The notes under the pieces: generated by a model
The model's input: only the letters and a program-made list of their open reading frames with translations
Told to the model about the DNA's origin: nothing
Databases searched by the model: none
Origin: Lama glama
Lineage: Eukaryota
Direction: 5' to 3'
Assembly: GCA_028534125.1 (NCBI GenBank)
Contig: CM052816.1
Coordinates: 99,574,001-99,638,000, forward strand
DNA: 64,000 nt
Part shown: in pieces, positions 61,930 to 64,000 of the stretch
Position numbering within the stretch: position 1 is the first letter of the stretch
Layout: each line of letters starts with the position of its first letter
Position numbers and translations under genes: made by a program

Positions 61930-62486
61930 TTTTTAATAAAAACTGTCTGTATGTGTCTAAGGTGTACACATGATGCTATGATACACATGTTTACTGTAAA
62001 ATGATTATTGCATCAAATTAGTTGACACTCCCACCTCCTTGCATCATTGCTTCTTCTGTGTGGGCTAAGAGCACCCGAGGGCTAATCTCAGCTGAGTTCA
62101 GGTGCGCAGCATGGCGTCACTGACCACAGTCGCCAGGCTGTGGGTTAGGCCTCCCGACTCACTCATCTTGCATAACTAAACCTGCATGCCCTTTGGCCGA
62201 CATCTCCCCGCTTCTGCCCCCTCAGCCCCCTGGAAACGGTCGTTCTACTGTCTGGTTCTATGAATTGAACATTTTTAGATTCCACCTACAAGTGAGGCCA
62301 TGCAGTGTTTTCTTTTCTGGGTCTGGCTAATCCCACTTCTGGGTCTATATCCAAAGGAAATTAAATCAGGATCTCAAAGAGACATCTGCACCCCTGTGTC
62401 CATTGCAGCATTATCCACAGTAGCCAGGATGTGGAAACAGCCTACATGCCCATCCACGGAGGACTGGACAAAGACACCGTGTATAT
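61930..62486 (-). mobile_element. L1MA-type element with inverted 5' part (61930-62328 minus, 62329-62486 plus)
   Basis: The minus-strand 3' UTR (...tttagattccacctacaagtgaggccatgcagtgttttcttttctgggtctggct) is joined to a plus-strand ORF2 end (aatcccacttctgggtctatatccaaaggaaa...). Confidence 0.85.
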
Positions 62487-62589
62487 GTAGGTTTGGTTGC
62501 TGACAGTTCACAGCATCCTTGCCCTGGGCTGGGCCCACCAGAGGTTCCAGGAGGCATTCTGGTGGTCAGATCCCAGTTTCAGGGGCACA

Positions 62590-62760
62590 CTGGAAGTGAG
62601 TGGTAGGAGACGCCAAGGGCATACGTCCCCTCTTGTGAAGGGCGTTCCCCCAACCCTGCCACACAGCACTTGTACTCATGTGACTCACCAGACCTTCGTC
62701 ACATGGTCACATGTAGCTGCACGAGAGCTGAGAAATCCCCTGAGTCGAGTGGTCTGACTT
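62590..62760 (-). mobile_element. MLT1J/K-like LTR fragment
   Basis: acttgtactcatgtgactcaccagaccttcgtcacatggtcacatgtagctgcacgagagctgagaaat matches the old-MLT1 motif gtcacatggccacacctagctgcaagggaggctgggaaat. Confidence 0.55.
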
Positions 62761-64000
62761 CAGCTAACCGGGGGCTTGCTGAAGGAAGCAGTGTTAGGAC
62801 GCGAGTTAGGGGTGAGACTTAAGTTAACCGTCATTCTTTTGAACAAAATTTGAAGAATACTGCCTGATGTGATCTATTAAGATGACTACAGTTGTTGGCT
62901 TGAGTCTGTATAAATAAAAAAAAAAATAAGCCTAGGCTTAATGGAACAAACCACCAATAAATACCCTCCTGTCTGCGACCCGGAGCACTCGGAGAGTGAG
63001 GTCCTCATCACCCGTTAACACAGTCAGGACGGAGTATACCTCCACACGTTTCCTTCCAGCTTCGCTTGGAGAAAAGTCTGTCCCAGAAACACTTGAACAT
63101 TAGAGCAAATTGCAGACTATAATTTATAGAACACTGCATACCATTTAGCCAGCAGATCATAGCTGTTCCTTTATAAATGTCACAGGAAGCTTCCACTATA
63201 AACTGCAAACGTGTAGGAAGAAACTCTTGAAACATAAATTATGAGGATCCTTAAAATACATAATACTTTACAGGAAGTAATGCTTTTCCAGGCTGTCGTG
63301 ATCCTTCATGTAAATACGGACCTAACGTCTTTTTAAAGTGCTGTTCCGTCTTCCCAGCTGCCTGAGGCACTGCTGAAGAAAATGAATGTTTTAAAATTAT
63401 GTTGACGAAACTGAAAGCGACTTTGAGTCCAGGAGTCTTTGGGGAGCGATCTGGGGCTGCTCTGAGCGGGACCGGCCATTTGCGCGAGTGGATTTGCTCA
63501 GGTTCGCCCCACTGCCCCCGGCATGCGGACACTCGCGTTGACACCTTGAGTGGGTCCTCAGATGTCCAGGAAAGCCCGGCAGCCTGGGGACAGCTGTGGA
63601 CCGACTGTTAATGCCCCTCACCCCCCAGCCCCAGTCCTCAGCGCCTTCAGCGGAAGGCCAGCGTCCTCGGCACCACGCTGGATCTGCTCCCTGGAGCCGG
63701 TCGGCAGTGTTGCTAAATCCTAGCATTTTAACCTGTTTTCTTCAAGGGAGCCGGGCTCTCTGGGCAGTTATCACCTCCAGCAACCAGTCTTTGCTCTGTG
63801 TGTTCACTCCCATGCTGAGGAGATGACTGACCACAAACCTCCCCCGAAGCACAGATGGAAAGCCCTTCCCTTCCCCCGCTGAGAGCCCGCACGGGGGCTG
63901 CGCACGAGTGATGTCCTCCTGAGTGTCCCGTCCGGGAATCGGAATAAGCGAGAGGAGAGGACTCTTACTGCCATGACCCTGAAATTCGATGGATGCCTCC

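Noticed and set aside
1..64000. CRISPR array, operon or other prokaryotic-type system
   Set aside because: The sequence is mammalian and repeat-laden; I saw no regularly spaced repeat-spacer structure or gene-dense ORF organisation.

Overview
Mammalian genomic DNA, most likely camelid (alpaca/camel). That call rests on two copies of a tRNA-derived SINE with the camelid Vic-1-like head GGGGAGGGTATAGCTCAGTG...GGTCCTGGGTTCAATCCCCAGT, plus many cetartiodactyl-type L1 3' ends. I could not recognise any protein-coding exon, RNA gene or CRISPR array. The ORF track is almost all GC-rich noise, repeat-derived peptides, or read-through of a 500-N gap (2137-2636). The window reads as a GC/CpG-rich intergenic or large-intron region containing L1 fragments (two with twin-priming inversions, one nested, several with target-site duplications), two ancient CR1/L3 remnants, L2/MIR traces, MaLR (MLT1) LTRs, MER58A/MER5A fossils and microsatellites. 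The most notable unexplained items are a 17-unit interstitial telomere-like array rich in TCAGGG variants, repeated PBX-MEIS/PREP decamers and HOX/GATA motif clusters suggesting developmental enhancers, a few isolated candidate exons, and a strand bias among young L1 tails. I found no evidence for a novel multi-gene system. Repeat family names were recognised by eye from remembered consensus features; boundaries are approximate and no database search was run.
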